Origin: an uncultured Bacilli bacterium
Lineage (GTDB): Bacteria; Bacillota_I; Bacilli_A; RF39; UBA660
Assembly (NCBI GenBank): GCA_944363675.1
Contig: CALVUT010000035.1
Coordinates: 1-47,303, forward strand
Reading direction: 5' to 3'
Length of the DNA stretch: 47,303 nucleotides
The notes below the pieces were generated by a model, which made no database searches, was not told the origin of the DNA, and saw nothing but the letters and a program-made list of their open reading frames with translations. Every line of letters starts with the position of its first letter. The first letter of the stretch is position 1. Of the stretch, positions 16,715 to 26,800 are shown piece by piece. A program made the translations under genes and the position numbers.

Positions 16715-19700
16715 ATGGAAAAGTTTAAAGAGTTTAGATTTGAAAATGGAACAATTAATGAAGGATTAACGAGCGAGTTATCTCTTTTTTACGTGTTGGA
16801 GTATTTTAAACAGCATAATGTATCTGTGCTTTTGGTGACAAGTAATTTGTATGATGCTAATAAACTTTATCAAGCTATGCAAACTTATACGGATCAAGTC
16901 TTTTTGTTTCCAATGGATGATTTTTTTACTTCAGTTGCTTTAGCGGTCTCTCCTGAATTAAAACTTAAACGTTTGGAAACTTTAGAGAAGGTTCAAGAAA
17001 AGTGCATTGTTATTACTAATTTGATGGGTTATTTAAGAATACTTCCTCAAAAAAGTATTCAGGACTCTTTGAAAACCACTTTAAAAAAAGATTTAGAAAT
17101 TTCTCGAGACGATTTAATTACTACTTTAGAAAATTTAGGTTATCAACGTGATTCTATGGTTACTTCAACTGGGGAATATGCTGTACGTGGATTTGTTTTG
17201 GATGTATTTTTAATTGATGAAAATCATCCAATACGTGTTGAGTTTTTTGGAGATACTATTGAATCTATTCGTTATTTTGATGAGGAGACGCAACGTACTG
17301 TTAGTGAGATTTCGTCTATAACTTGTCGTCCTGTTGATGAAGTGAAAACTGATGGATATAGTTCGTTACTTGAATATATGGGGGATGCTACTGTTGTTTA
17401 TTTTGATTATCCTCAGATTGAGGCTAGTTATGTGCATTTGGTTGAGGAGAGTTTAGCTTATCAAAAAGAGCAAGACTTAGAGAATCAAAAGTTTTTTATT
17501 TCTTTTGAAGAAATTTGCCCTAATTATATTTTATATGTGAATCATGTTGTTAATGATTTAAGGAGTAGAAATGTCTGTCATTTTCAAACTAAGGAAATTG
17601 ATAATTTTAAAGGGAATTTTACTCGATTAAAAGAGGTTGTACAAGGTTTTATTTATCAAAAAAAGACTGTTGTTTTTGCTTTGTCTACTTCTAATCAAAT
17701 AAGTGAAATACGGGATTTGTTTGATCAAAATGTTGTATTAGTAAAAGATAGGCATTTTCATGAAAATGCAATTAATATCATACATTTTAAAATAAATAAA
17801 GGTTTTATTTGGGATGATCTTGTTGTTATTTCTGAATTTGATATTGAAGAGATTAAACAGGAAGTTAAATATAAAAATAATTTGCATATTGGTAAAAAAG
17901 TTCGAGATTTAAACGCTTTACAGACTGGAGATTATGTTGTTCATCGAGCACATGGTATTGGTATTTATTGTGGAGTTGTCACTTTAAATGTGCAAGGGTT
18001 GAAAAAAGATTATTTACAAATAGCGTATTTAGGTAATGATAAGGTTTATGTCCCTGTTGAAAAGATTTCTACTATATATAAATATAGTGATAAAGATGGG
18101 ATGAAGCCTCAAATTAATAAACTGAATTCTCCTGTATGGCAGAGAAAAAAACAAGCTGTTCAGAAAAAAATTCGTGATATTTCAGGAGAACTTATTAAGT
18201 TATATGCCAAACGTAATAGTGTAGTTGGTGAAGCATATCAAGATTTTCCTGAAGAAGATTTGTTTGCAAATGATTTTCCTTATGAGGAAACGAAGGATCA
18301 AATTCGGGCTATTAAAGATGTTTTTCATGATTTAGATTCGGTTGTACCTATGGATCGATTATTATGTGGCGATGTTGGCTTTGGAAAAACCGAGGTTGCT
18401 TTTCGTGGTATGTTTAAGGCTGTTTGCAATAATAGACAGGTTCTTTATTTGTGCCCTACAACCATTTTATCTAAACAGCAGTATGAATCTGCATTGGAAA
18501 GATTTCGTAATTTTGCAGTAGAAATTCGTTTGTTTAATCGTTTTACGACAAAGAAGGAAGCTACAGAAATTTTAGAAGGCTTAAAGTCTGGAAAGATTGA
18601 TATTGTTTTCGGAACACATCGTCTTCTTTCAAAAGAGATTCAACCTAAGCGATTAGGTTTATTAGTTATTGATGAAGAGCAGCGGTTTGGAGTAACTCAT
18701 AAAGAGAAAATTAAAGAATTAAAAAATGATGTTAATGTTTTAACTTTATCTGCTACACCAATTCCTAGAACTTTAAAAATGAGCTTATCTGGACTTCGTG
18801 ATTTATCGATTATCGACACTCCGCCTATTAATCGTTATCCGATCCAAACTTATGTTGTTTCAGATAGTGATATGTTAGTTAAAGATGCTATTTATAAAGA
18901 ATTAGCGCGCAATGGGCAAGTTTTTGTTTTATATAATCGTGTGGAGACGATTGAAGAAAAGGTTTCTCAATTGCAAAAATTAGTTCCTGAAGCTAGGATT
19001 CGTTTTGCTCATGGGCGAATGACTAAGATAGAGTTAGATGATATTATGGGTAGCTTTATTGCAAATGATTTTGATATTTTGGTTAGTACAACTATTATTG
19101 AGACGGGTATAGATATTCCCAATGCTAATACATTAATCATTTATGATGCAGATCGTTTTGGTTTAAGTCAGCTTTATCAACTTAGGGGACGTGTTGGACG
19201 TAGTAATAAAATTGCTTATGCATATCTTTTATATCAAAAAAATAAGATGCTTAATGATGTGGCAGTGAAAAGGTTACAGGCTATACGTGATTTTACGGAG
19301 CTTGGCAGTGGTTATAAAATTGCTATGCGAGATTTATCTATTCGTGGCGCTGGAGATATTTTAGGTAGTGAGCAAGCTGGTTTTGTTGATACGGTTGGAA
19401 TTAGTTTATATATGAAAATGATTGAGGATGAGATGAAACGGTTAAAAGGAGAGTATGTTGAAGAAGATGAGGATAAAGAATCTCTTATTCGGGTAGAAAC
19501 ACATATTGATGATGCTTATGTTTCAGATGAGTCGGTTAAAATTGAAATTCATCAATTAATTAATGAAATCGATTCTTATCAAAAGTTAGAAGATGTTAAA
19601 AATACTTTGATTGATCGCTTTGGAACTATAACAGAAAATATGGAAATTTATATGTACGAAGAATGGTTTGAAAAATTAGCTAATCGTTTAAATATTACTA

Positions 19701-19930
19701 AAGTTGTTCAAAATAATCGCCTTATTCAGTTTTGGTTATCTGAAAAGACTTCTACTAAGATTAAAGGAGATAAGTTATTTTTGGAAGCCTATAGTATTAA
19801 TCCAAAATTTCAAATTAAATATGAAAATAAGCAAATTAGTATTTTGTTACCTATTTTATATCAAGAAAAACATTTTATTTATGATGTAGTAGCACTAGTT
19901 CAAAAGATTTGTGATGATTTAGAAGTATAA
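16715..19930 (+). CDS. mfd: Transcription-repair coupling factor Mfd
   Basis: ~1070 aa. UvrB-homology N-terminus, CarD-like region (GDYVVHRAHGIG), superfamily-2 helicase motifs GDVGFGKTEVA, DEEQRFG, QLRGRVGR. Confidence 0.97.
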   Translation: MEKFKEFRFENGTINEGLTSELSLFYVLEYFKQHNVSVLLVTSNLYDANKLYQAMQTYTDQVFLFPMDDFFTSVALAVSPELKLKRLETLEKVQEKCIVITNLMGYLRILPQKSIQDSLKTTLKKDLEISRDDLITTLENLGYQRDSMVTSTGEYAVRGFVLDVFLIDENHPIRVEFFGDTIESIRYFDEETQRTVSEISSITCRPVDEVKTDGYSSLLEYMGDATVVYFDYPQIEASYVHLVEESLAYQKEQDLENQKFFISFEEICPNYILYVNHVVNDLRSRNVCHFQTKEIDNFKGNFTRLKEVVQGFIYQKKTVVFALSTSNQISEIRDLFDQNVVLVKDRHFHENAINIIHFKINKGFIWDDLVVISEFDIEEIKQEVKYKNNLHIGKKVRDLNALQTGDYVVHRAHGIGIYCGVVTLNVQGLKKDYLQIAYLGNDKVYVPVEKISTIYKYSDKDGMKPQINKLNSPVWQRKKQAVQKKIRDISGELIKLYAKRNSVVGEAYQDFPEEDLFANDFPYEETKDQIRAIKDVFHDLDSVVPMDRLLCGDVGFGKTEVAFRGMFKAVCNNRQVLYLCPTTILSKQQYESALERFRNFAVEIRLFNRFTTKKEATEILEGLKSGKIDIVFGTHRLLSKEIQPKRLGLLVIDEEQRFGVTHKEKIKELKNDVNVLTLSATPIPRTLKMSLSGLRDLSIIDTPPINRYPIQTYVVSDSDMLVKDAIYKELARNGQVFVLYNRVETIEEKVSQLQKLVPEARIRFAHGRMTKIELDDIMGSFIANDFDILVSTTIIETGIDIPNANTLIIYDADRFGLSQLYQLRGRVGRSNKIAYAYLLYQKNKMLNDVAVKRLQAIRDFTELGSGYKIAMRDLSIRGAGDILGSEQAGFVDTVGISLYMKMIEDEMKRLKGEYVEEDEDKESLIRVETHIDDAYVSDESVKIEIHQLINEIDSYQKLEDVKNTLIDRFGTITENMEIYMYEEWFEKLANRLNITKVVQNNRLIQFWLSEKTSTKIKGDKLFLEAYSINPKFQIKYENKQISILLPILYQEKHFIYDVVALVQKICDDLEV

Positions 19931-19976
19931 ATTTTAAAGCTCCGTTCACAATAGTTGTAGAATGGAGTGTATTTCT

Positions 19977-20483
19977 TTGAAAGAGACTGGAATTATTCGA
20001 AAAATTGATGAACTGGGAAGAATTGTTTTGCCTAAAGAAATTCGAAAAAGTTTAGGTATAAAAGATGGAGAGGATTTAGAAATATTTGTAAGGGATAGAG
20101 GAGTTTATCTTCAAAAGTATTCTCATTTGCTCAATATGACAGATATTCTAGAACCGCTTTGTTGTTTAGCTTATGAAGTAATGGGATTAAAATTTATCGT
20201 TACTGATCGTGAAAAAGTTATTACAGCATTTGATTCATCTTTAGTTAATTTATCTATTTCTTCTTCTTTAGAAGAATTTATCCTGAATCGTGAAAGTTAT
20301 ACGGCTCATCAACCTGTACAATATTTTGATTTAAATGGGTATTTTTATATTGAGCCTATAAATGTTTCGGGGGATATTATGGGGTTAATCCTTTTATATC
20401 AAGAGCAACCTTTTCTTTCCTATATGATAGATTTTACGCATTTTCTTGCTAAAATTATTGTAAATAAAATTGACATTCTTTAA
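19977..20483 (+). CDS. spoVT: Stage V sporulation regulator SpoVT-like (AbrB-type N-terminus plus GAF-like C-terminus)
   Basis: From TTG 19977 the product reads MKETGIIRKIDELGRIVLPKEIRKSLGIKDGEDLEIF, against B. subtilis SpoVT MKATGIVRRIDDLGRVVIPKEIRRTL. ~170 aa. Lies directly after mfd, as in B. subtilis. Confidence 0.75.
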   Translation: MKETGIIRKIDELGRIVLPKEIRKSLGIKDGEDLEIFVRDRGVYLQKYSHLLNMTDILEPLCCLAYEVMGLKFIVTDREKVITAFDSSLVNLSISSSLEEFILNRESYTAHQPVQYFDLNGYFYIEPINVSGDIMGLILLYQEQPFLSYMIDFTHFLAKIIVNKIDIL

Positions 20484-20496
20484 TTTTATGTTAGAA

Positions 20497-20702
20497 TTAG
20501 GGTATTCAATGGTGAAGGAAAGAGTATATAGTAATTCTTTTTTTAGAGAGCTTATGATTGGTGAAAATAAGTAAAGGGTTATTATGGAAGATGGTTCTGG
20601 AGTTGAAACGTATTTCTGCGTTAGAGAGAGAGTGCATGAGACAATCATGAAATAAGGTGGTACCACGGGTTTTAACTCGTCCTTATATTCATGATTTTTT
20701 TA
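20497..20702 (+). promoter_or_regulatory. T-box leader (Met specifier candidate) controlling metG
   Basis: AGAGAG bulge and GGTGAAA distal-loop motifs. AUG at 20584-20586 lies on the 3' side of stem I. Conserved T-box GGTGGTACCACG at 20656-20667. Terminator arms 20645-20658 / 20681-20695 plus a T-run. Confidence 0.85.
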
Positions 20703-20746
20703 TTTAAATTATTTCCCGGGAAATAATTTGGAGAGGATGGATATAT

Positions 20747-22300
20747 ATGGAAAAATTTTATATTGCAACGGCAATTGCTTATGCTTCTGGAAAACCTCAT
20801 ATTGGGAATACTTATGAGATTGTTCTAGCTGATGCGATTGCGCGTTTTAAAAGAAATCGTGGATTTGATGTTTATTTTCAAACTGGTACAGATGAACATG
20901 GAGAAAAGATTGAACAAAAAGCTTTGGCCGCGTCTCAAACGCCTCAGGAATATGTTGATCATATTTCTAAAGAGATTCAGAAAATATGGGATATTATGAA
21001 TACAAGTTATGATAAGTTTGTTCGAACTACGGATGCTCATCATAAAGAAATTGTTCAACATATTTTTCAAAAGTTATATGATCAAGGAGATATTTATTTA
21101 GATCAATATGAAGGATGGTATTGTACTCCTTGTGAATCATTTTGGACAGAAAGTCAGCTTGTGGATGGTAAATGTCCTGATTGTGGACGTGATGTTTCTA
21201 AACGCAGCGAAGAATCTTATTTTTTCCGGATGTCTAAATATCAAGATCGGTTAATAGATTATATCGAGAATCATCCTAATTTTATTCAACCAGAGGCACG
21301 TAAGAATGAAATGATTAATAATTTTTTAAAGCCTGGTTTACAGGATTTATGCGTTTCTAGAACTTCTTTTGATTGGGGAGTGCGGGTTCCATTTAATGAT
21401 AAGCATGTTGTTTATGTTTGGATTGATGCATTATCTAATTATATTACAAATATTGGATACGATGTTGATGGAGGAAATGAAACGTTTAAAAAATGGTGGC
21501 CTTGTGATTTACATTTGATTGGTAAAGATATTTTGCGTTTTCATACGATTTATTGGCCTATTTTGTTAATGGCTCTTGATCTGCCTTTACCTAAACAAAT
21601 TTTTGGACATCCTTGGCTTATGATGAATAACGATAAAATGAGTAAAAGTAAAGGAAATGTTATGTATGCCGATGATTTAGTTAAGTTGTTTGGTGTAGAT
21701 GCCATTCGTTACTATCTGCTTCATGAAATTCCTTTTCAAAATGATGGAAATATTACTTATGAGCTTATTATGGAAAGAATTAATAGTGATTTAGCTAATG
21801 TTTTAGGTAATTTAGTTAATCGAACGATTGCTATGGCTAAAAAGTATTTTGGTAGTCATATTGATAATAAGGAAGTTTTAGAATCAATTGATGAAAATTT
21901 TTTGCAGAGTATATCTGTGATGCCTAAAAAAGTTGATGAGTGCATGGATAAATTAGAAATTGGTCGGGCAATTGATGAAATTTTTGAGGTTTTACGGAAG
22001 TCAAATAAATATATTGACGATACAACTCCATGGGCAATGGCAAAGGATGAGGCTATGAAAGATCGTTTGGAAACAGTTCTTTATCATCTTCTTGAAAGTA
22101 TTCGAATTTGTGCTTTTGAACTTTCGCCTTTTATACCAGAAACAAGTGAAAAAATTTTTGAGCAATTACATTCGAATGTTCGAAATAATGAGTTTAATGT
22201 GAAGGGTTCATACGAGCTTGGCGAACCTGTACCTCTTTTTTTGCGGATGGATATAGCTAAGAAATTAGAAGAGATTCAAGGTAACAATGAGGTAGCGTAA
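20747..22300 (+). CDS. metG: Methionyl-tRNA synthetase
   Basis: Class I motifs PHIGN (HIGH) and KMSKS. Zn knuckle CTPCESF...CPDCG. Confidence 0.97.
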   Translation: MEKFYIATAIAYASGKPHIGNTYEIVLADAIARFKRNRGFDVYFQTGTDEHGEKIEQKALAASQTPQEYVDHISKEIQKIWDIMNTSYDKFVRTTDAHHKEIVQHIFQKLYDQGDIYLDQYEGWYCTPCESFWTESQLVDGKCPDCGRDVSKRSEESYFFRMSKYQDRLIDYIENHPNFIQPEARKNEMINNFLKPGLQDLCVSRTSFDWGVRVPFNDKHVVYVWIDALSNYITNIGYDVDGGNETFKKWWPCDLHLIGKDILRFHTIYWPILLMALDLPLPKQIFGHPWLMMNNDKMSKSKGNVMYADDLVKLFGVDAIRYYLLHEIPFQNDGNITYELIMERINSDLANVLGNLVNRTIAMAKKYFGSHIDNKEVLESIDENFLQSISVMPKKVDECMDKLEIGRAIDEIFEVLRKSNKYIDDTTPWAMAKDEAMKDRLETVLYHLLESIRICAFELSPFIPETSEKIFEQLHSNVRNNEFNVKGSYELGEPVPLFLRMDIAKKLEEIQGNNEVA

Positions 22301-23052
22301 TGTTTGTTGATACGCATTGTCATTTATATCAAGAGTATTATGATTCTGTTGATGAAATTATTAAACGGGCTCAAGAAAACCATATAAAATCTTTTTTTGT
22401 TGCGGGTTGTGATCAAAAAAGTAATGAAGAGGTCTTGGCTTTGTGTCATCAATATGATTCTATATATGCTTGTGTTGGTATTCATCCGGAGAATGTCGAG
22501 ACTTATGCATCTAAAGATATTGAATTTTTAAAGCAATGTATTTGTTGTCCTAAAGTTATTGCTCTTGGCGAGATTGGACTTGATTATCATTATACGAAAG
22601 AAAACAAAGAAAAGCAGTGGCTCTTATTTGAAATTCAATTGCAAATTGCTCAAGAAAACGGTCTTCCTGTTGTTATTCATTCTCGGGAAGCAACTCAAGA
22701 CACCATTGATCTATTAAAAAGATATCCAAATGTTAAGGGTGTGATTCATTCTTTTTCTGGCAGTTTAGAAGTTGCTAAAATCTACATACAAATGGGATAT
22801 AAGTTGGGAATTAATGGCGTGGTTACTTTTAAAAACAGTCATTTAAAGGAAATTCTTCCTGAAATTTTAGATTTTATTATTTTAGAAACAGATAGTCCGT
22901 ATTTGACTCCTCATCCATATCGTGGGACAAAAAATGAACCAAAGTATGTTTTGGATATAGCTGAGTTTATTGCAGATTACTGTGGTATATCTTTGGAAGA
23001 ATTGGCAAAAATTACGAATAAAAATATTAAAGAAGTATTTAAAAGATATTAA
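22300..23052 (+). CDS. tatD: TatD-family metal-dependent DNase/hydrolase
   Basis: DTHCHL N-terminus, GEIGLDYHY, VIHSREA. Start overlaps the metG stop. Confidence 0.9.
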   Translation: MFVDTHCHLYQEYYDSVDEIIKRAQENHIKSFFVAGCDQKSNEEVLALCHQYDSIYACVGIHPENVETYASKDIEFLKQCICCPKVIALGEIGLDYHYTKENKEKQWLLFEIQLQIAQENGLPVVIHSREATQDTIDLLKRYPNVKGVIHSFSGSLEVAKIYIQMGYKLGINGVVTFKNSHLKEILPEILDFIILETDSPYLTPHPYRGTKNEPKYVLDIAEFIADYCGISLEELAKITNKNIKEVFKRY

Positions 23053-23085
23053 ATGTCAAATTGTGTCAAATTATTTTAAATCTTT

Positions 23086-23114
23086 TTGATGATATTATAT
23101 ATGTGTGCTATGAT
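23086..23114 (+). promoter_or_regulatory. Candidate sigma-A promoter of the T7SS locus
   Basis: -35 TTGATG (23086-23091), 17-nt spacer, extended -10 TGcTATGAT (23106-23114). Confidence 0.45.
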
Positions 23115-23148
23115 GAGTTTGTAAATAGAGAGAGGAGTTAAAAATACA

Positions 23149-23802
23149 ATGTCATTAGTTTATGAACCTACTGCAGCTAAAAATTGGGCAAATGCAGTAG
23201 TAGAATGTTTGAATGGAGGCCCTGCTAGTGTTAAAGGTTGTTCAATGAAGTTTAATGAACAAATTGAAAAGTTAGTTCAACCTAATGTTTGGACCGGTGC
23301 TGCAGCTGCACAAAACTTTCAAAATTTTATGGATACTCACAACGCATTAATTCATTTTGCAAATGAATTTGGATCATCTTTTTCACAAGCTATGATGGAT
23401 GTTGCTAAAAGTATAGCTGATTTAGAGGTGGCTAATTTAGGAGCAGATACAACTGTTTCTTCAAATTTTGGACAATTAAATTATTCCCAAATTACGGAAA
23501 TGAGTGCTGCTAATATAAATAAGGAAGTTGTTACTTACGATTATGGTGTTATTAGCGAGATTGGTTCTGCTTTAGCTTCTATTAAAGGCAATTTGGAAGA
23601 TGTTAAGACCAAATTGGATTCAGAACTTTCTAAACTTAATAGTGGTTCAGGCATTTGGGATGGTAATGCTGCAGAAGGCGCTAAAGAGACTTTGACTAAT
23701 GTTTTAAATACAAATATGAGTCAAATCTTTGAAGCTTTAAATACGTGTATAAGTAATATTTCTGCTGCTGCTGAAGCCGCACAAATGGCAGATCAAGGTT
23801 AG
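23149..23802 (+). CDS. Fused tandem WXG100-like protein (two WXG modules in one chain)
   Basis: 217 aa, all-helical composition. First motif VWTGAAAAQNF, second IWDGNAAEGAKE, about 110 residues apart. Strong RBS GAGAGGAG. Its own terminator follows. Confidence 0.75.
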   Translation: MSLVYEPTAAKNWANAVVECLNGGPASVKGCSMKFNEQIEKLVQPNVWTGAAAAQNFQNFMDTHNALIHFANEFGSSFSQAMMDVAKSIADLEVANLGADTTVSSNFGQLNYSQITEMSAANINKEVVTYDYGVISEIGSALASIKGNLEDVKTKLDSELSKLNSGSGIWDGNAAEGAKETLTNVLNTNMSQIFEALNTCISNISAAAEAAQMADQG

Positions 23803-23812
23803 TTGTATGATT

Positions 23813-23837
23813 AAGTAGCTTTTTAGCTACTTTTTTC
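23813..23837 (+). terminator. Rho-independent terminator after the double-WXG gene
   Basis: AAGTAGCT / AGCTACTT 8-bp stem, TTTT loop, T-run. Confidence 0.8.
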
Positions 23838-23891
23838 TTTGTCTAAAATTAAAGTCGTGATATAATTGTTTTAGAATAAGGAAGTGGGTAA

Positions 23892-26800
23892 ATGAAAATT
23901 GTTATATTTTTTGATGATTCGAAAACTTTTCAAATTTACAATCTTCCGAAGATTATTGACGGTAATTACTGGGTGACTTATCAAGATGAAGATGGAAATA
24001 AGAAAAATTTTTTAAATGTTTATGCGTATAATAATCAATGGGTTTATGAGGATGATTATAAGCAAATTGTAATTCTTCCTTTTCGATACTATAAGGTAAA
24101 AGAAACCTTTTTTTATACTATACCTTTGTATGATGAATCTTTAAAGTTGTATTCTGTGCAAGGATTGGATACGTTATCTTTTGGAAAAAGTAAAGGAGAT
24201 ATTCAAGCTGATTGTTTTGGTGAAGCGACAATTACTTTAAATAAGAAAGGTAATCGCTGGTTGATTCAGTGTGATAAGGCAAATTTTCGAATGTATATTA
24301 ATCAAAAAATTGTTACTGGTAAACTTTTAGAACCAACAGATAGTATTTTTTTAAATGGGATGACTTTATATGTTTTAGCAGAGTATTTAATTTTTAATAA
24401 TCCTCAGAATATTGTTCATATTGAAAATAGTAAAATCGTTTTGAAAGAAATTCCTTCTATAGAAGAGACGACAGAAACTTTAGATGATAAAAGTATTTAC
24501 GAGAAAAAAGATTATTTTTATCGTTCGCCAAGATTTCGAAATGTTATTGAGGAGGTACAAATTAAAATTGATTCGCCACCCGCATCGCCAGTAAAAGAAG
24601 AAATGCCTCTTTTACTTCAAATGGGCGGCATGCTTACTATGGGTATGAGTTCGATGGTTACACTTTTTGTTTCAGTTAGTGGTCTTGCTAGTGGTGAAAG
24701 AGATTTTATGAGCGTATTACCTTCTTTAGTTATTGGGGTAAGTATGCTTGTAGGTATGCTTTTAATTCCGACTTTGTCTAGACGTTATCAAAAGAAAAAA
24801 TCGCTTGAACAAGAGAAACTTAGACAAGAAAAGTATTTGGAATACTTAGCTGCCAAGAAAAAAGAAATTCATCAAGTTATAGAGGATCAACAAACTAGAT
24901 TGAATGATAATAGTGTTTCTTTGGAAACTTGTGAGGATATCATTCTTCATCGTCGAAGAAATTTATGGGAAAGAAAAATAGAACATGATGATTTTTTATC
25001 TGTTCATATCGGTATTGGGGAAATACCAGCTAAGATAAAAATAAGTTTTCCAGAAGAGCATTTTTCTTTAGAAGATGATAGTTTAAAAAATGAATTGTTT
25101 AAAATGGCTGATGAACCTCGTAACTTAAAGAATGTACCTATTAATGTTTCTTTTGTTGAAAAAAATATTTGTGCTATTTTAGGTAATATTCAATTAATTC
25201 CATCTTTTTTAAATTCTATTTTATTGCAATTTATTACTTTTCATAGTTATGAAGATGTAAAATTTGTTCTTTTGACTTCTGAAGCTACGTCTTCAAAATG
25301 GGAGGACATGAAAGAAATTCCTTATTTATGGAATAATGATCGAACTATGCGTTATTATGGGGAAACAAAAGAAGATAAGTTTGCTATTTTGAATACTTTA
25401 TTTGAGGTGTATAAAAATAGACGCTATGCAGATGAAGATTATTCTAAAGAATCTGGAAATGATTATAGATCTTTTTTGCCTTATTATGCTATTATTACAG
25501 ATGATTTTGAATCTATTCGAGACTCTGATTTTGTTCGAGCTGTCATGAAGAATAAAACGAATTTTGGGTTTAGCTTTTTGATTATAACACATCGATTAAT
25601 GGGGCTTCCTAATGAATGCAATTCGTTTATTAACGTAGATGCAAATCAATCTGGAATGATAGAAAATGAATTATCTTCAGATAAACAGTTGGTATTTCAA
25701 GCAGAATTTTTAAACAAACCATTGACAGATTGTTACCGAATGATCAGTAATATTCCTATTCCTTTGGCTTCGGCGAAAGGACGTTTGCCTGATACTATTA
25801 GTTTTTTAGAAATGTATAATGTTGGTAGGGTTGAGCAGCTTAATGCACTTAATCGTTGGAATACGAATCATCCTTATGATACTTTGGAAGCGCCTGTTGG
25901 TGTAGACAGTAATGGTAGTTTGTTTATGCTTGATTTACATGAAAAAGCTCATGGTCCGCATGGATTGGTTGCTGGTATGACTGGTTCTGGTAAAAGTGAA
26001 TTTATTATCACTTATATTTTGTCTATGGCAGTTAATTATCATCCGGATATGGTTTCGTTTGTTTTAATCGATTATAAAGGTGGAGGTTTAGCAGGAGCGT
26101 TTTATAATCCTGATACTGGAGTTCGGCTTCCTCATTTAGCAGGAACAATTACAAATTTGGATACCGTCGAAATTAAGCGTAGTTTAGCTTCTATTGAAAG
26201 TGAACTTAAACGTCGTCAAAGGTTGTTTAATGAGGCACGTCAACAAACAAATGAAAGTACAATGAATATTTATAAATATCAAAAGTTATATCAGGAGGGT
26301 GTTGTTAAAGAACCTATTCCACATTTGTTTATTATTAGTGATGAGTTTGCTGAACTTAAGAGTCAGCAGCCAGAGTTTATGGCTCAATTAATTTCTACTG
26401 CGCGTATTGGACGTTCTTTAGGCGTGCATCTTATTTTGGCTACACAGAAACCTAGTGGTGTTGTTGATGCACAGATTTGGAGTAATTCAAAGTTTCGTGT
26501 TTGTTTAAAGGTTCAAGATCGCAGTGATTCTATGGATATGATAAAGGTTCCGGATGCTGCAGCATTGACTGATGTAGGAAGATTTTACTTGCAAGTCGGG
26601 TATAATGAATTTTTTGCTTTAGGGCAATCAGCGTGGTGCGGAGCTCCGTATTATGAAATGGACGAACGCAAGTCTAAAGTTAATTCGTCTTTAGATTATA
26701 TTAACAATGTTGGTAAAGTTTTAAAATCTATTGAACAAGAAGATGTTTCTAAGAAATTACAGTATAAAGGTGAGGAATTGCCTGCTATATTGAAATATCT

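Noticed and set aside
19704-19889. Plus-strand out-of-frame ORFs nested in larger genes: 19704-19889, 30619-30819, 31216-31419, 38229-38444 and 46956-47147
   Set aside because: They are fully embedded in alternative frames of mfd, the giant ORF, the 208-aa ORF and the terminal ORF. No independent signals, and the composition looks random.
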